Source: Salpingoeca rosetta (lineage: Eukaryota; Protista; Choanoflagellata). From it: 64,000 bases of DNA. Position 1 is the first letter of the stretch. Every line of letters starts with the position of its first letter. Positions 13,183-46,037 of this stretch are shown in pieces. A program made the translations under genes and the position numbers. Where the stretch lies: the NCBI GenBank assembly GCA_033442325.1, contig JAWQFM010000004.1, positions 2,259,805 to 2,323,804 of the forward strand. Direction: 5' to 3'. Under the pieces are notes generated by a model. It had not been told where the DNA came from and made no database searches. It worked only from the letters and a program-made list of their open reading frames with translations.

Positions 13183-13753
13183 CGGGTGATAATAGCATAT
13201 ATGTGTGATGTCAACGTATGCGCGTGAGTTTAGTGAGAACCAATATTAGTGAGTGCGTGAGTGGGCGACGTGTATGGTAGAGTGTGTGGGTGTAATAGAA
13301 CCTGCGTGAGGCGGGCGTATGCTCGACCAAGTTGTATGCCTGCTCATTTTACTCGCCACTCCGTGTTGCAACCATTGTCATGCTGCGAGTTACACGTTGA
13401 TGCACTTGCTTGTGCGGTGTGTGCATCGTTCCTTTGTTCTTCCCTCTTCCCCCCCCCTTCTTCTTTCTCCCTCTCTCGCCTTGCAATTGGTGCTTCATTG
13501 CCATTTGTGGGTGATGCGTTGGCAGTGCGACAGTATTGTTCTTCTTGCTGTCACACTCTTCCGCCTGTAGCACACCACTTGTTTTCCATCTAATACATGA
13601 CCAAATGCAACGTTGTACTCACGCAAGGAAAAAAAATCGAACGTGCGATATGGAAGCGAGAAAGTTTTATTTGGGGGCAGTTGGTCATGGGCGGTGAACG
13701 CAATTGCCAGCATGTCACCGCATGGCTGTATCGCTGTGTGTGTGTGTGTGTTC

Positions 13754-15019
13754 TCATGCGTCGCCATTATCCTTGCCGATGTCTTGTGTGCTGTCATCCT
13801 TGGTCACATCTTCCCGCTTGTCCTCCTTCTCATCATCATCATCATCATCATCATCACCAGCATCAGCGTCACTGGCCGTCCGTCCATCCTCGCCACCATC
13901 GCCATCGTTGTTCGTCACGGTCTTGCTCGGCCAAGAGAACTCAAACAGCACCTGCACATTCTCGTGCAGTTCGTTGAAGTGCAACTCCAGTTCTTGTTCG
14001 TCCCCGCTCACCTGAACAAGATCGAATGGGGAGGTGTTGGGGGTTGGTGTGGGTATGATGTGAGATGCGCACGTGTGCTTTGATTGCGAGAGAGAGGGAA
14101 GAGGGGGGGGGGGGTGGAGGGATGGGAGACACGAGGACAGAGGCACATGGACGCAGGCAGGCATGCAGGCAGAAAGAACAATGCGGGGGAGCAAAAAGCA
14201 TACACACACTCAAACACACACATACACATGTGCACACACGCATGCACAACATCGTAGACGGACCAGTGGGTTTGCTTTGTATTCTGGCTTGAGTGGCGCA
14301 ATCTTGCACTCGAGCCCGCAGTCTCTCAGCGCTGTGATGAACTCCTTTGCGCCCTTGCTGTTGGCGGTGGATGTGGTGGTGAATGTGGTGGTGGTGCAGC
14401 TGTGAGTGTTTTCGGCAGAGGTAACGAGCAAGAGATCACAACGACAGTCGCAAACAAACACAAACAAACAAACAAACAAACAAACAAACAAACAAACAAA
14501 CAAACAAACAAACAAACAAACAAACAAACAAGGCTGCTTGCATGCACGAACCGTTTTCCGCCAGAGACGTAAAAGAAAGTGCCATGTGGTGCCAGGCAGC
14601 GGCGAACAAGATTGCACAATGGCGCAACAAGAGGCGTGTCGTAAACCAAATCGCACCCAAGCAGCACATCAAACTGGCACAGGTTTCCATCCTACCCAAG
14701 CAAATACACGTTGTCATGGTGGTGGTGGTGGTGGTGGTGAGACTCGAGAGAATGGTGGAACGGGTGGGGATGGATTGCAGACGGAGGAAGTGTGTGCTGG
14801 GGGAGGGAGCGAGTCGTTACAAAAAAACCAAGGCTCAACCAGGCACACGTGTGCTGGTGCACACATGTTGGCACATGTCCATGCATTGCTCACTTACGCT
14901 CTCGTGCAGCCACGTGTTCTCGTTGTTCCAATCCAGCGCGTGCACGTGGCCCTGTTGTGAACGAAAACGTACACGTGAGCAGCAGGAGTGTAGCCAGGAT
15001 ATGTGTGTGTGTGTGTGTG

Positions 15020-15104
<85 letters not shown>

Positions 15105-15279
15105 TGTGTGTATGTGTGTGTGTGTGTGTGTTCGGTTTGGGGGGGGGGAGGGCACCGAGTCATGTCCATGATGAGCATCAGCGTACCCGCTCTGTCAGTG
15201 TTGGGATGTGAGCATTGATGGAGAGGTTGTGCCTGGGAGAACAAACGACAGAAGAACAAGCAGTGAGCCCAAAGTTACG

Positions 15280-15372
<93 letters not shown>

Positions 15373-15994
15373 TTGGCATAAACCGGAGTGCTGGTCTCAC
15401 TTGATGTTGTCGACGGTGTGGGAAAAGTAGTCTGTGATGACAACCTGGAGGTGTGAACCATCGCAGCACAGTGGGCCGAGGTTCCACATGAGGACACTGG
15501 AGGTGGACACAGGGGGGGGGAAGAAAGGTCGCAATACCGCATGGACGCACAGCGATACAAGCACTAACACACACACACACACACACACACATACACACAC
15601 ACACACACAGACACACATACACACACACATACACACACACACATACACACATACACACACATACACACACACACAGACACACGCACACACACGAGCGTGC
15701 GCACCTGCTTTGCATGAGTGTATGCGAGGGCAGCGAGACCCGGCAGACCGCAGCCGGCACCGAGCTCAAGCACACGCGCACCATCAAGACGCGCAGCAAC
15801 GTCAACCACCCACCTGCACACACACATATATGAATACACGTGCACACACACGCACACATGAGCATGCACGCACACGCATACATGCACGCACGAATCAAAG
15901 TTGAAAGGTGATGTGTTGGTGCTGGCGTTGTTCGCGTGTGACAGCAGGGGGATGGTAGATACGAAGCAAGTGGTTCTGTGTGTGTGTGTGTATG

Positions 15995-16036
<42 letters not shown>

Positions 16037-16203
16037 GTCATGGGAGGACCACTGAAACATACGCGTTAGCGAGCACGGCATTTCACCATACATTCACGTG
16101 CATGCACACACATACACACATACACACGCACCGAGCAGCGATGAGCGACGCAGCCCACAGTTGAATGCCAGTGGTGTCATCTTCTGGCATGTCGCCGAAC
16201 ACC

Positions 16204-16234
<31 letters not shown>

Positions 16235-17332
16235 ATGGTGAGTGATAATGGTGATGATGATATGGGACACAACCAGTCACTGCTGGCAAGCATTGCACCA
16301 GCACACACAAACATACACACATACACACACACATACATACACACACACACACATCACCACGACACCAGGTAAGGCGCACCTTGCCGAACCAATCGGTTGC
16401 AATTTCGCGCACGTGCACCTCGGGTCCGTCTGGTGAAAACCTCATGTCGTGCGTGTGTGTCTGCAGCACTTGACTTGATTCCGCAGTGTCATCGCGGCCG
16501 GCGGTGCTCTTGCTGTCTGATGCGTCTGATGTTGCCTTGTCCTGTTGTGCCGTGCTGGCTGTGGCTGTGGCATCGTCTTCCTTCTTCTTGGACGCGTCCT
16601 GCTTCTGCTTCTTCCCCTTTTGCTGTGGCTTCTTCTTGCTGGCGGCGGTACCTTTCTTTGCTCCACTGCCACTGCCACCTTTACCACTGCTGCCGTCCTT
16701 GCCCTCCTCCTCGAGTGCAGCTGCGCTCGGGTGCTCCAGCACCAACTTCAGAATCTGCTGGTCCTGCGCATTGAACGCTTCCGTCACAGCGCTCTTGCCT
16801 GCAAGACAGTGGATGTCAGTGAGATTGTGAGATTGTGAGATTGTGAGATTGTGAGATTGCACAGCAACGTTCGAGTGGGCAGTACGGGGGACAGTGAACA
16901 ATCAACGGTGAAGAAGTCCACGACAAGGCAAACGACCACGATACATAAGACGAACATCATGTGCACCATGAACATGACGTCAATGACGAGCAAGGCAAAG
17001 AAAATGAACATCCGCCAGTGCAACTGGCCCAAGGCAGGTGATTTAGAGCAAGCAGACACATGGGCGATATTCTTCTCGAGGCAATGTCGTGAGGAAGGCG
17101 AGACAGCGAGATGGAACGACGCACCAAACTCGTTGGTTTGCAGCACGTTCACTTCCGGGTACGACTTCATGAGAAGCTGGACGACATCTGCAGCCTTGTT
17201 TTGGATGGCCCAGTGCAGCGGAAGGTTGCCGCTGTTGTTGGGAAGGTAAGGACACTTCTTCTTCACCAAGTATTCCGCGCAATCCATCAAGCCATTCGCC
17301 GCAGCATAGTGCAGCGCTGTCCACAAGTGTGC

Positions 17333-17391
<59 letters not shown>

Positions 17392-17696
17392 CGAGTGTGT
17401 GTGTGTGTGTGGTTGGGTTGTGAGTCTCAGTGAGAAGCCCGTGGCATATGCGAGAGACGCAAGAGACACAGCATGAGCACTACATCCACACAATATCACG
17501 CACTCTCATGCAGCATCTCTGACACTCATACAGCATCTCACCACGCACACCACGCACCGGTGTTGCCCATGCCGTCTTTGCTGTCCACTGGCACGCCCAG
17601 CTCGATGAGCTCCTTCATCTCGTCCACCTCGCCGTATCGGGCGCACAGCAGCATCTCTTCCACATCCTCCTCCGTCACACTTCTCTTCTCCGCCAT
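13754..17696 (-). CDS. Ankyrin-repeat (Yar1-like) plus class I SAM-dependent protein methyltransferase (Methyltransf_16/METTL21-like)
   Basis: ATG at 17696: MAEKRSVTEEDVEEMLLCARYGE, GNT/ALHYAAANG, NNSGNLPLHWA, NEFG/KSAVTEA. Then TTGIQLWAAS, motif I VLELGAGCGLPG, post-I VITD, ALDW and GCDLVYD, followed by an acidic tail with the stop at 13754. Confidence 0.85.
14452..14530. repeat. (AAAC)n microsatellite (intronic)
   Basis: Tandem AAAC units. Confidence 0.95.
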
Positions 17697-17877
17697 GGCT
17701 GCTCGCTTGCTTGCTTGCTTGCTGGTTGGATGTGCGTGAGTGTGCGTGCGAGTGTGCAAGTGTGTGTGCGCTCTTGGGTCAACGTGGGTGGCGCAAAGTC
17801 CTGAATATTTGTGAATATTTTCCACAAACAATCGTCACACAAAGGACGTTGCTGACTGCCAAGCAACAAGGAGGAAG
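17697..17877. promoter_or_regulatory. Probable compact bidirectional promoter
   Basis: Only about 180 bp between divergent ATGs at 17696 (-) and 17878 (+). Contains a duplicated AT-rich TGAATATTT at about 17802-17820. Confidence 0.5.
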
Positions 17878-18302
17878 ATGCTGAGGCGACGAACGAGACC
17901 CGGCGAGAACGGGGCTGCTGGCGACGAAGGTGATGGTGGGCAAGGCGGTGTGAGGAGGGATCAGCCCAAGAGGCAAGAGAAACAGGAACAGGGTGACGAC
18001 AAACAACAGCAACGGCAACTGCAAGAGGGCGGAGACCGCGAACGCGAGGCCACGACGAGGCGGCAAGCTGCGCATCAACAACAGCAACAAAAGGGTTCCA
18101 CATGGACTGTGGAGATTGTGCGGGGCGTGGTGTTGTTGGTCATCTTCTTTGCCATCTTCCTTCCGCTTCAGTGGTATGTCCTCGACCCTTGGCGTGGCAT
18201 TTCGAACGCATCTCACGAGTCAGCTCGCCAGAAGGTCTTGGACGTCATTTGCCCTCCAGGTGCGGTGTGTGTGTGTGTGTGTGCGTGCGTGTGTGTGTGT
18301 GT

Positions 18303-18371
<69 letters not shown>

Positions 18372-18565
18372 TTGTTGTGTTGCGTGGACCTCGTGCGGGA
18401 ATCGCGTTGCTGATTCACATGTATGCATCTCCCGTGGATGTATTGTGTTGACATGGACGCTGATGATGCGAGCAACTCACACGACAAGGTTTACCTCTCT
18501 GTTTCTGGTTCACAGATGTTGACTGCAATCACGGTGACATCAATCTGGACAAGCTCGCACCATGA
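17878..18565 (+). CDS. Small single-pass membrane hypothetical protein
   Basis: Exon 1 (17878 to about 18259) is MLRRRTRPGENG...IVRGVVLLVIFFAIFLPLQWYVL...VICPP. Exon 2 (18516-18565) is in phase and reads (D)VDCNHGDINLDKLAP*. Confidence 0.65.
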
Positions 18566-18667
18566 CTTTGAGGGCCGCCTTTTTCTTGGGGTGTTTAATG
18601 TGTCAAACGAGGCGCACAAGCACACTGAAACGAAGCAGCAAGCACTAGTCGAGTTCGGTAACCCTTT

Positions 18668-19077
18668 TCACTCCTCCTCATCGTCTTCCTCCAACTCAAC
18701 AACATCGTCGTCGTCTTCCTCGTCGATCTCCTCCACCCCACCATCAACGTCATGGTCCTCGTCGTAGTCACCTTCGTCTTCATCGTCGTCACCAACAATG
18801 GACTCCTCTCCAAGTTCGACACCCTCAGCGTCGTCAACATACGCGGTAACATCGTCGTCGTCGTCGTCTTTCTCATCCTCGTCATCACCATCGATCTCCT
18901 GTTTGCCGTGATCAGTGGATGGTGGATGGCGGGCGTGAGCGGAGCAGCCGCAGACGTCGAGATGAAGGTGAAGTTGAGAGCAAACAGACAGAGCCACCAG
19001 TAATCGAGAGCGCTCTCCCTACCACCACCATAACCACCATAACCACCACTACCACTGCACCACTGCATGAGCAAGGC

Positions 19078-19116
<39 letters not shown>

Positions 19117-20654
19117 CTGGATAAGCTCCATGGCTTCGCGGTCCATTTGTTCGCGTCGTCTTCGCTCCCGCTCGCGTCTTCGCTCCTCCGCTGTCATCGG
19201 CACACCACCACCACCACCACCATCACCACCACTGCTATCGTCTTGATCGCCACTGCCAGTGCCCGGATGCTGCTGGCTGTCCGCGCGTGTTCCGCCCGTG
19301 CTGCCGCTGCTGTCTTCATCGTTGCTGGGCTGCTTCCGGCGCTGTCTCCGTGATGATGACGATGATGATGATGATGATGATGAGCGAATGTCCGGACGAA
19401 CAGACGACCACTTGAGCAGCGCATCGTTCTCGAGCACCTGGTGTTGATGGCGACGGAAAGCAGCAGTTTGGGTGGGGGAGGGGGATGGATGTGAGGTGGA
19501 CATGTGGGTGTCTACTTATGCACTTGTGCACTTGTGCACTTGTGTGTATGGGGGGGGGGACAGGTGTGGTTGCATGTGCGCGCGTGTGCACGTGTGCCCC
19601 TGCACGCGCGTGCGCCTTGCATCCATATCCACTTCCACTTCGCTTGCACTTGCACGTGTCATGCATCCACACCCATTGCTGCCTCCAACCTCGTGGATGT
19701 GGTCTGCCAGCTGCATTGCGTTGATCGACCCGCCATAAACAGACACGCCAAACTGTACAAACCAACAGCAGCACACACGTGGTGGTGATGTTGTGAGAGA
19801 TCCGGGGGGGGGGAGGGGTACATGATGACATGGATCAATGGTGCTGTGTTGACGAGTGGAAGACACGAAATCCAGCGACTTTCAACGCATAAAACACAAC
19901 ACGCAATATATTTCATTGTCACCACAGCCAGTACAGTCATCACAGCAATCCATACCATCAACCACAGTCGGGTTCAGTCACAACAACACCGCCACCATAT
20001 AAGGCATGTTCATCGTGAACATTGGTGCCTATGATAGTACCTTGTTGCTTGTTGCGTTTCGTTTGCGCACAACGAAGATGGTGGGCGTTTCGCTTTTCTC
20101 AATGTTCGCAGCCCGGCTCTCCGCAACGCCTGTGGTGGTGGTGGTGATGGTGGTGGTGTGAGTCGGGGAGAGTTGTATGTGACACACAGACACACACAGA
20201 CACACACACACGCACGCACACACACACACACACAGACACACACACACACACACGCACACACACATACGCACACACACACACACATGCAGTAAGTTTATGC
20301 GCCAAATGAACACTCACCAAGATGGAGGCGGGATTTGGACGTGTCGATGGATACAAACGAGACCGTGCGGTGCTGTGTATGTGGGGCAAAGAGTAGGGAT
20401 GAAGATGCATCATGAGACACTTGCCATGTCATGACATGGTGGGCACATCGCAACACGCACAAATATGCATACGTTCACCACACCACAACACACCCACACA
20501 GAGACACACGCATCAACGCACCTGCTCCATGGCTTTGTACAATTCTGTAGTCGTTGATGTGTCCAGTGGTCCTTTGTGGGCGACAATGACACATGCCTTC
20601 TTCCTACAGTCGCCAACACGCAAGGTGAAGAATGTGTGTGTGTGTGTGTGTGTG

Positions 20655-20721
<67 letters not shown>

Positions 20722-20941
20722 TGTGGTGGGATGTGGCCTGAAGCCAGGGGATGGGGTTTGCCTGCAAGCAATCACGCAAGCATTGCTCAGTCCCTACCGT
20801 GTGCACTGCTCCTGGAACTTTTGACTCGTGCGCGGCTCGTACAACCTCAGCTGTGGTGCGGTGCGACAGCACAAGAGCGTGTAAGTGTACGCACGGAAGA
20901 AGCTTGGAGAGAGATGGAGACAGAAAACAGGGTAACGGAGC

Positions 20942-20980
<39 letters not shown>

Positions 20981-21323
20981 ATACATGCATGCACGCACAC
21001 GCACGCACACACACACACACACGTGCGTATCCGAGGCACTACAGCGTTGAGCTTACCCGAGTAAACGAGTCCACAAAGGAGATGAGTCCAGTGCCCGTCT
21101 GCATACGGCAATGCCGAACACGCATTGGTGATCGGGATGGGTGAGCTGTGGTGGTGGTGATGTCCAAGACAAGACGCCAATTGAACAGGTGAAGAGCACG
21201 CGCCGCGGTGGTGAACATGGAGTGCTCACCTTGGTGTACGTGCGTGGCACCTGCTTTGCCTTCTTCCCGTTGCCAGTTGCCACAATGACGGGCTTGCTCT
21301 TCAGATCAATCCCAAACCTGTGC

Positions 21324-21354
<31 letters not shown>

Positions 21355-22181
21355 TGTGTGTGTGTGTGTGAACGCGTGTTATCGATAGCTCGCTCGCGAG
21401 CACACAGTTGGCTGCCTATGCAAACACTTCTTCTGTGCACGTACCTTGATGCCACTGTCTTCCCAGACGGCAGCTTGCTCCCGCAGTTGAGTTGTCCAAA
21501 GCTGACACCGCGCTTCGAGAGTGACTTCATGGCGTCCGTGAACTCTTTTGGTGGCTCGGGTGCTGCAAGCACACGAATTGACATGCGTGTGGACAAGAAG
21601 CGTGCGTTGCGTGTGTTGGGTGCGTTGCGTGCGTTGCGTGCGTGGGTTGACGATGATAACAAGCAGGTAGGCAAGCACACACACACACACACATACACAC
21701 AACACACAACACAACACAACACAACACAACACAACACAACACAACACAACACAACACAACACAACACAACACAACACAACACAACACAACACAACACAAC
21801 ACAACACAACACAACACAACACAACACAACACAACACAACACAACACAACACAACACAACACAACACAGCACAACACAATGCAGCACGTGCAGTGTCGCA
21901 CCTCGCTTGGAGCTGCAGTAGACCATCCACGGCTCGCCAGACAGGAAGACGCGCTGCATCTGCGACTGGTCGCTGGCATCGAGCAGCTGCACGTGCGGTC
22001 CCATCCAATACAGTACCAGGCCAGCCACGCCAGCGAGCCCCAGCACGGCAGCGAGCAGCAGCATGCCCACCTGCGCCGGGCTGCGACCGCCGCCATGTCC
22101 GCCATGTCCGCCAGCCGCCACTGGCCTCCTCGCTGCCGCCGATGGCTGCTGCTGCCCCTTACCAACTCGCCTCCTCACCAT
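18668..22181 (-). CDS. Type II membrane protein with probable non-catalytic thioredoxin-like folds and an acidic C-terminus
   Basis: MVRRRVGK..., TM LLLAAVLGLAGVAGLVLYW, then VFLSGEPWMVYC, GVSFGQLNC, RFGIDLKSKPVIVATG, KKACVIVAHKG, VSFVSID and a D/E-rich end. No CxxC seen. Confidence 0.6.
21700..21880. repeat. (CACAA)n pentanucleotide repeat (intronic)
   Basis: Long near-perfect ACAAC tandem array. Confidence 0.95.
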
Positions 22182-22596
22182 GATGCTCTGCTGTCCACTG
22201 CTGCTGCTGCTTTGTGTTGTGTTGTGGTTTGTTGAATGGTGTTGTTGTTGCTGGTGTGTGTTACTGTCCTTCCTTCTTTGTTGACCTTCGCTGTCACGTG
22301 TGTTGTCTGACCTAATATGGTTTCATTCTCGTCACCCAACGATATGCACAGTGCACACACGCACACGCCAAGCAAGTGGTTGTGGCTGTGGCTGCCCGCC
22401 TCTCCTGTCTGTTCATCTGACTCTCACTCCCACTCTGTGTACAGCAACACAGACAAACACGCGGACAAGTTACAAAGACATGATGGTGTGACATGACCAC
22501 AAATACTATGTATCACCAATCACCACAACAGCTTGCCACGGCACCACCACCACCACCACTACCTATCACCACCATTCCTGCCATCACGGGCGACAG

Positions 22597-28931
<6,335 letters not shown>

Positions 28932-29542
28932 GGCTGGCAGGATGGCAAGATGCGCAGCGCAACTACTCTGTTGTTGTATGCGCGACCTCGTCCGTTCTGG
29001 CAAGTAAGAAAGAAATACCCACGTTCAGCGTGGTTAGGGAGATGGAGAGAGAAGTAGAAAGAAGTGGAGGGAGATGAAGAGAAGTGGAGAGAGATGGAGA
29101 GAAGTGGAGAGATGCAAATGGAGAGGCAAGGTGGGGTGTATCAGATCGCCATCAGCATCAGCATCACCTTCAAGCAATCCACGAAGGCTGTTGTTGTGTT
29201 GTGCGAGAAAATGATGGGATGTGACACACTGACTTACTTGGGAGGTGTGGTGAGGCTTTCCCCTTGTCAGTACCAAAAGCCTCTCATGCGTGTGCCTTTC
29301 TGTTGTGTCCGCAGCTGTTGTGTCCGCAGACCTTTATGCTGTGTCCGCTCTGTGTGTGTGACGTCGCACACAACAGCCGCAGGCAGTCAAGTCAGTGCGA
29401 CCAAGCAAGTGAATGTGTGTCTTGGGAGGTCGGAACGCGAACGTCGCTCACGTTTCCTCTCTTTCCGTGTGTCGCTGTCGTCACTCAGCGCAGAACAAAA
29501 ACTTGCTGAGTCAGCACGATGGGATACAACTTTTTGTGTATG

Positions 29543-29636
<94 letters not shown>

Positions 29637-30038
29637 GTGTGTGTGTGTGTGTGTGTGTGTGTGTCTGTGTGTGTGTGTCTGTGTGTGTGTGTGTGTGTGT
29701 GTGTCTGTGTGTGTGTGTCTGTGTGTGTGTGTGTGTGTGTCTGTACACTTTCACTTGCTGCCTTCTTCCTCTTCTTGTGTATTGTTTGCCGACACAAGAC
29801 GTTACGCACGATGAGGTGAGGTTGATTGGAACGACAACTTCAAGACTTCAGCAGCAAAGCCGTCGTCGCAGAAGGAAGAAGGGACGAAGGTTCGGTAACA
29901 GAGGCAGAGAGATGACACAACGCTGACGCAAGCAGCGTGAGGAGAAAGGAGAATGCGCGAAACACACACACACACACAACCAATAACAGTTGTAACTGCA
30001 GCAAAACCAACCAACAGCACTACAGCAACAACTACTGC

Positions 30039-30070
<32 letters not shown>

Positions 30071-30104
30071 GCAACAGAACCTGCAGCAAAACAAACAACA
30101 AGAA

Positions 30105-42005
<11,901 letters not shown>

Positions 42006-42063
42006 CCCCTCGGTTGTTGATGGCGATGAAAGCAAACGCTGGAAAGTGGTGCGGTGAGTGCTC

Positions 42064-42099
<36 letters not shown>

Positions 42100-42633
42100 C
42101 GACTTAGAGCTTTGTATGGGGGCGGTGTCTGTTTGTTTGTTTGCATTTCGATCACGCGATTGCCGCCGTTGCGTGGTCGCCGACGGTGGCGTGAGGGTGG
42201 GTTGAACTGCAGAAACGCGGAACGCAAGGCGTCGAGTGGGTTGCCGATCGTTGGCGAATGGACCACCCTCATTACTCGCGTTAGTGCGGATTGAAGGTCT
42301 TGCGACTGAATTGACGAAAATTAACTGATAATATATGCAATACTGCAGACTACTTGCCCAAAAAATGCTCGAGCAACGATAACGACAGGATTGCCTTGCT
42401 TCTTGCGTGAGTGCGCAACAGCCACACCCATCCGCCAGCGTTGCCTGCTGACGTTGTCGCGAAAGCCCACACGACGATCACGCCACTCCCAGCAACCTCA
42501 ACTGGACCACACCCAGTCACATTCATCCAAACACAAACAAACAAACAGAAGACAACACAAACTACAGGTTCATTCTTCATTTGGTTGCTTGGCCATTCAC
42601 CAAGCAGAGTGGGCAGGGCCACGAATCAAGATC
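42006..42633. promoter_or_regulatory. Divergent intergenic region between the two dermatopontin-domain genes
   Basis: About 630 bp between head-to-head ATGs, with a locally AT-rich core at about 42305-42365 (AATTGACGAAAATTAACTGATAATATATGCAA). Confidence 0.5.
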
Positions 42634-42756
42634 ATGACGGTGCCACAACCAGCAGCGATCGCGTTGGTGCTGCTGGCAATGCTCGTCGCACCACCACCAG
42701 TTCACGCCGTCACGTACTCGAACAACTTTGTGAGTGTGCAATTTTCTGTGTGTGCT

Positions 42757-42814
<58 letters not shown>

Positions 42815-45800
42815 GTCTGTCTGTCTGTTTGTTGTTGTTCTGTGTGTGCTTTTGTGTGTGCGTGTGCCTTTGTGTGTGCGTGTGCTTTTGTGTGTGCGTG
42901 TGTTATTGTGTGTGTGTGTGTGCGTGTGTTATTGTGTGTGTGTGTGTGTGTATGTGTGTGGTGGAATCCTTTTCCCACAAGCGCCAGCACAAACCCACCC
43001 TGAGTACGTTAACGCGACACCCGCTGCCTTGTTAACCTTCTTCCTCGTCTTACAGGACCAACCTCTCAGCTACAATTGCCCCAGTGGCCAAGGCATCAGC
43101 CAGATCTACAGCTACCACGACGTGCGTGTGCTAACACAGCACATGCTGCGAATGCACATGCGTCCTCAACACCTGCTGAAGTGTGTGCGTGCACGAGTTC
43201 CTTCCGTTCTCTTCTTCCCATCACTTGATAGACTCACCTAGCCTGCATTTTCCCTCTTTCTCTCCCTTTGCCTTCGTACCTTCATGTGGTGTGCGACAGA
43301 ATGGAAAAGAGGATCGCCGCTGGGGGTTTGAGTGCACCTCGTATGGGGCTGGTGCCTCGAGTGTAACCACAACCACAAATTACCTCAACAACTTTGACCA
43401 ACCCGTGGACTATCTCTGCAACACAAACCAATGTGCGATCCATGTGTGTGTGTGTGTGTGTGTCTGCGTCTGTGTTTGTGTGTCTATGTGAGTGTGCGTT
43501 GTGGAAGTGAGCCCGTTTACGTGGGTGTCCTGTGTCAGTGACTCACCTGTTCTCTCGCCAGACTTGGTTTCGCTCACAATGATTTGCCCAACCATTTCCT
43601 ATCCGCAGTTCTCGACGGTGTTTACAGCTACCACGATAACGGCCCAGGTGTGTGTGTGTATGTGTGTGTGTGTGTGCATGCTTGCTTTTGTTATCTCTGT
43701 CATGATCGCACCGATTCAAAAATACATCGTTCATCACCAACCCCTGAGTTGATGCCTGTCACCGCTCACCTCCCCGTCTTCCATACATGCATGTGCACGT
43801 GTGGCCGGTGTTGCGCTGATGTACGCTTCTGTTTTCCATGTGTTGTCCTTGCATCTCGTGGCGTTTGCAGAGGACCGCAGGTGGAAGTTCAGGTGCCGCG
43901 GAGTTATTGGCGCAAAGCTCACCGGCTGCGCAAAGACGTCGTATCAGAACAACTACGGTAATGCCTGCTTGTGTGATCGTGTGCTTTCCTGCTTACTTAC
44001 GCGCACGCACGCATGCATGCCTGCTTGCCTGCACGTTGCAACACACCCGCCAACCCTTGCAACAATAACATCGACCATCACACAAACAAGACCTCACACA
44101 ACACCACATGACCAATCCTCAACCCCCACGCTCCAATCATGCCACAACTATCAAATGCAGACCAACCAATCAGTTTCACCGTTCGCGACGGCTACGCCAT
44201 TGGTGGTAGGTGTATGCTGTATGTGTGTGCACGCACGCTGATGCGAGTCTGTATCCGTGTATATCTTCAAGATGGCTTGCTCTGACTTGCTTCCTGACAA
44301 CCGCTCCTCTCTTTAATGCGTGTCGATTCGCCCTCATGTCTGCCCTTTCCTTTGGTTCTGTGCTGCACGGTACAGGTCTGGCAAGCGTGCACGACAACGG
44401 CCCAGAGGACCGTGTGTGGCAAGTGTATCAATGTCAGGTGGGTACGCAACACTACGCTATCACCATTTACTGAAACCACAACACGGCCATCACCACTCCC
44501 ACTGCAACCACAACGAACGCCACCCGCGTTCACTTTCCCCGCTCGAATGCTTCTTCGACTACTGCTTGCTGCTGAAAGTGATGAGACGGTAATGGTTGGC
44601 GAGATGGATATACACAGCCGCAACACTGTGTCGCAACACTCACCCACGTTGCTCGCCATGCTGTGCGTACACACGACTGCATTGCTTCGCTGCTCGCAGA
44701 TTGACTGTGACTCTGACAACGGCTACGTGAGCAGCGGCACGTTTGGCTGCGAAAGTGAGTGGTGACACTTAGCATGCGCGGTGTGTGCCCCTGTTATCGC
44801 TCCATGCGATGGCAACTCCCTTTCTCACTGTATCCTCTGTCATACACGTGATGTATAAATGCCACTGTGCACATGTGTCGCGTTGTCCAGAGGTGAGCTG
44901 CGGTGCGCTATCGCTGACCAATGGCGAGACCAGCGGCGACTGCAGCGGAAACTTTGGTCAGTTGCAGCACACGATGCACACGATACGACAGTCCCTGAAC
45001 GTGTGACGATGACCTTGTGTGTGTGTGTGTATTGGTGGCGCATGCATGGCAGAGTGCACCCTGTGTCAGACGCGCTGACAGACTGTGGTGCGACGCTTTC
45101 TTTCTTCTCCGACACAGCACATGCCTACACGCGGCAATGCCTTACTTTCTCCACACAACATGGCATGACACGACCCAAAATTGGTGCACGCACGGTCAAC
45201 CACTGACTTGGTGAAACATTCAGGTGACAAGTGCACGTACAAGTCGTGCAACGCCGGTTATGAGCTGTCGTCCTCGGGCAGCTTTGGTGCTCGCGAGTGC
45301 CGCGTGATTGGCGGAAAGGGCTCGTGGTCCGGCTCCCCGCGCACGTGCGATGACATCAACGAGTGTACCTCTGGCACCCATGACTGCGTCTCCCCCGCCA
45401 AGTGTGTAAACGACGCTGGCACGTTCCATTGTGACTGTCCTTATGGTGCCCTGGACGCCACCGGCAAGAAATGCGATGGTACGCACATGCAACAAGCGTT
45501 CGTGCGTCTGTGTGTCTGTGTGTCTGTGTGTCTGTGTGTCTGTGTGTCTGTGTGTGTGCGGCTTTGTGCACTGGCAGTGACTTCATGTTCACAACATTCA
45601 CTTGAGCGTTCTGTTTGCACCTCATTACTGTCCACCTTCTTCACGTATGTTCTGTGTCTTATCATGTGATCTTGGGTCTGTCTGTAGTTGGTGGCCCGTC
45701 CGCCACCATAACCGCCAGTGCGCTTGAAATCAGCATGGCCATATCGGGTGCAACAGCGTTCCCAAAATACGAGGTATGGCAGTATGACGCGGCATGAAGC

Positions 45801-45990
45801 GTGCCACACATACATGTCTTTACACGCGAGCGAGTGTTGCACTCCAGTCGTGGTGGGACTGTGTGTGTATGTGTCTGTCTGTTACATGTGTGTGTGTATG
45901 TGTTTGTCTGTTACATGTGTGTGTATGTGTTTGTCTGTTGCGTGTGTGTGTATGTGTGTGTCTGTTGCGTGTGTGTATGTGTTTGTCTGT

Positions 45991-46037
<47 letters not shown>

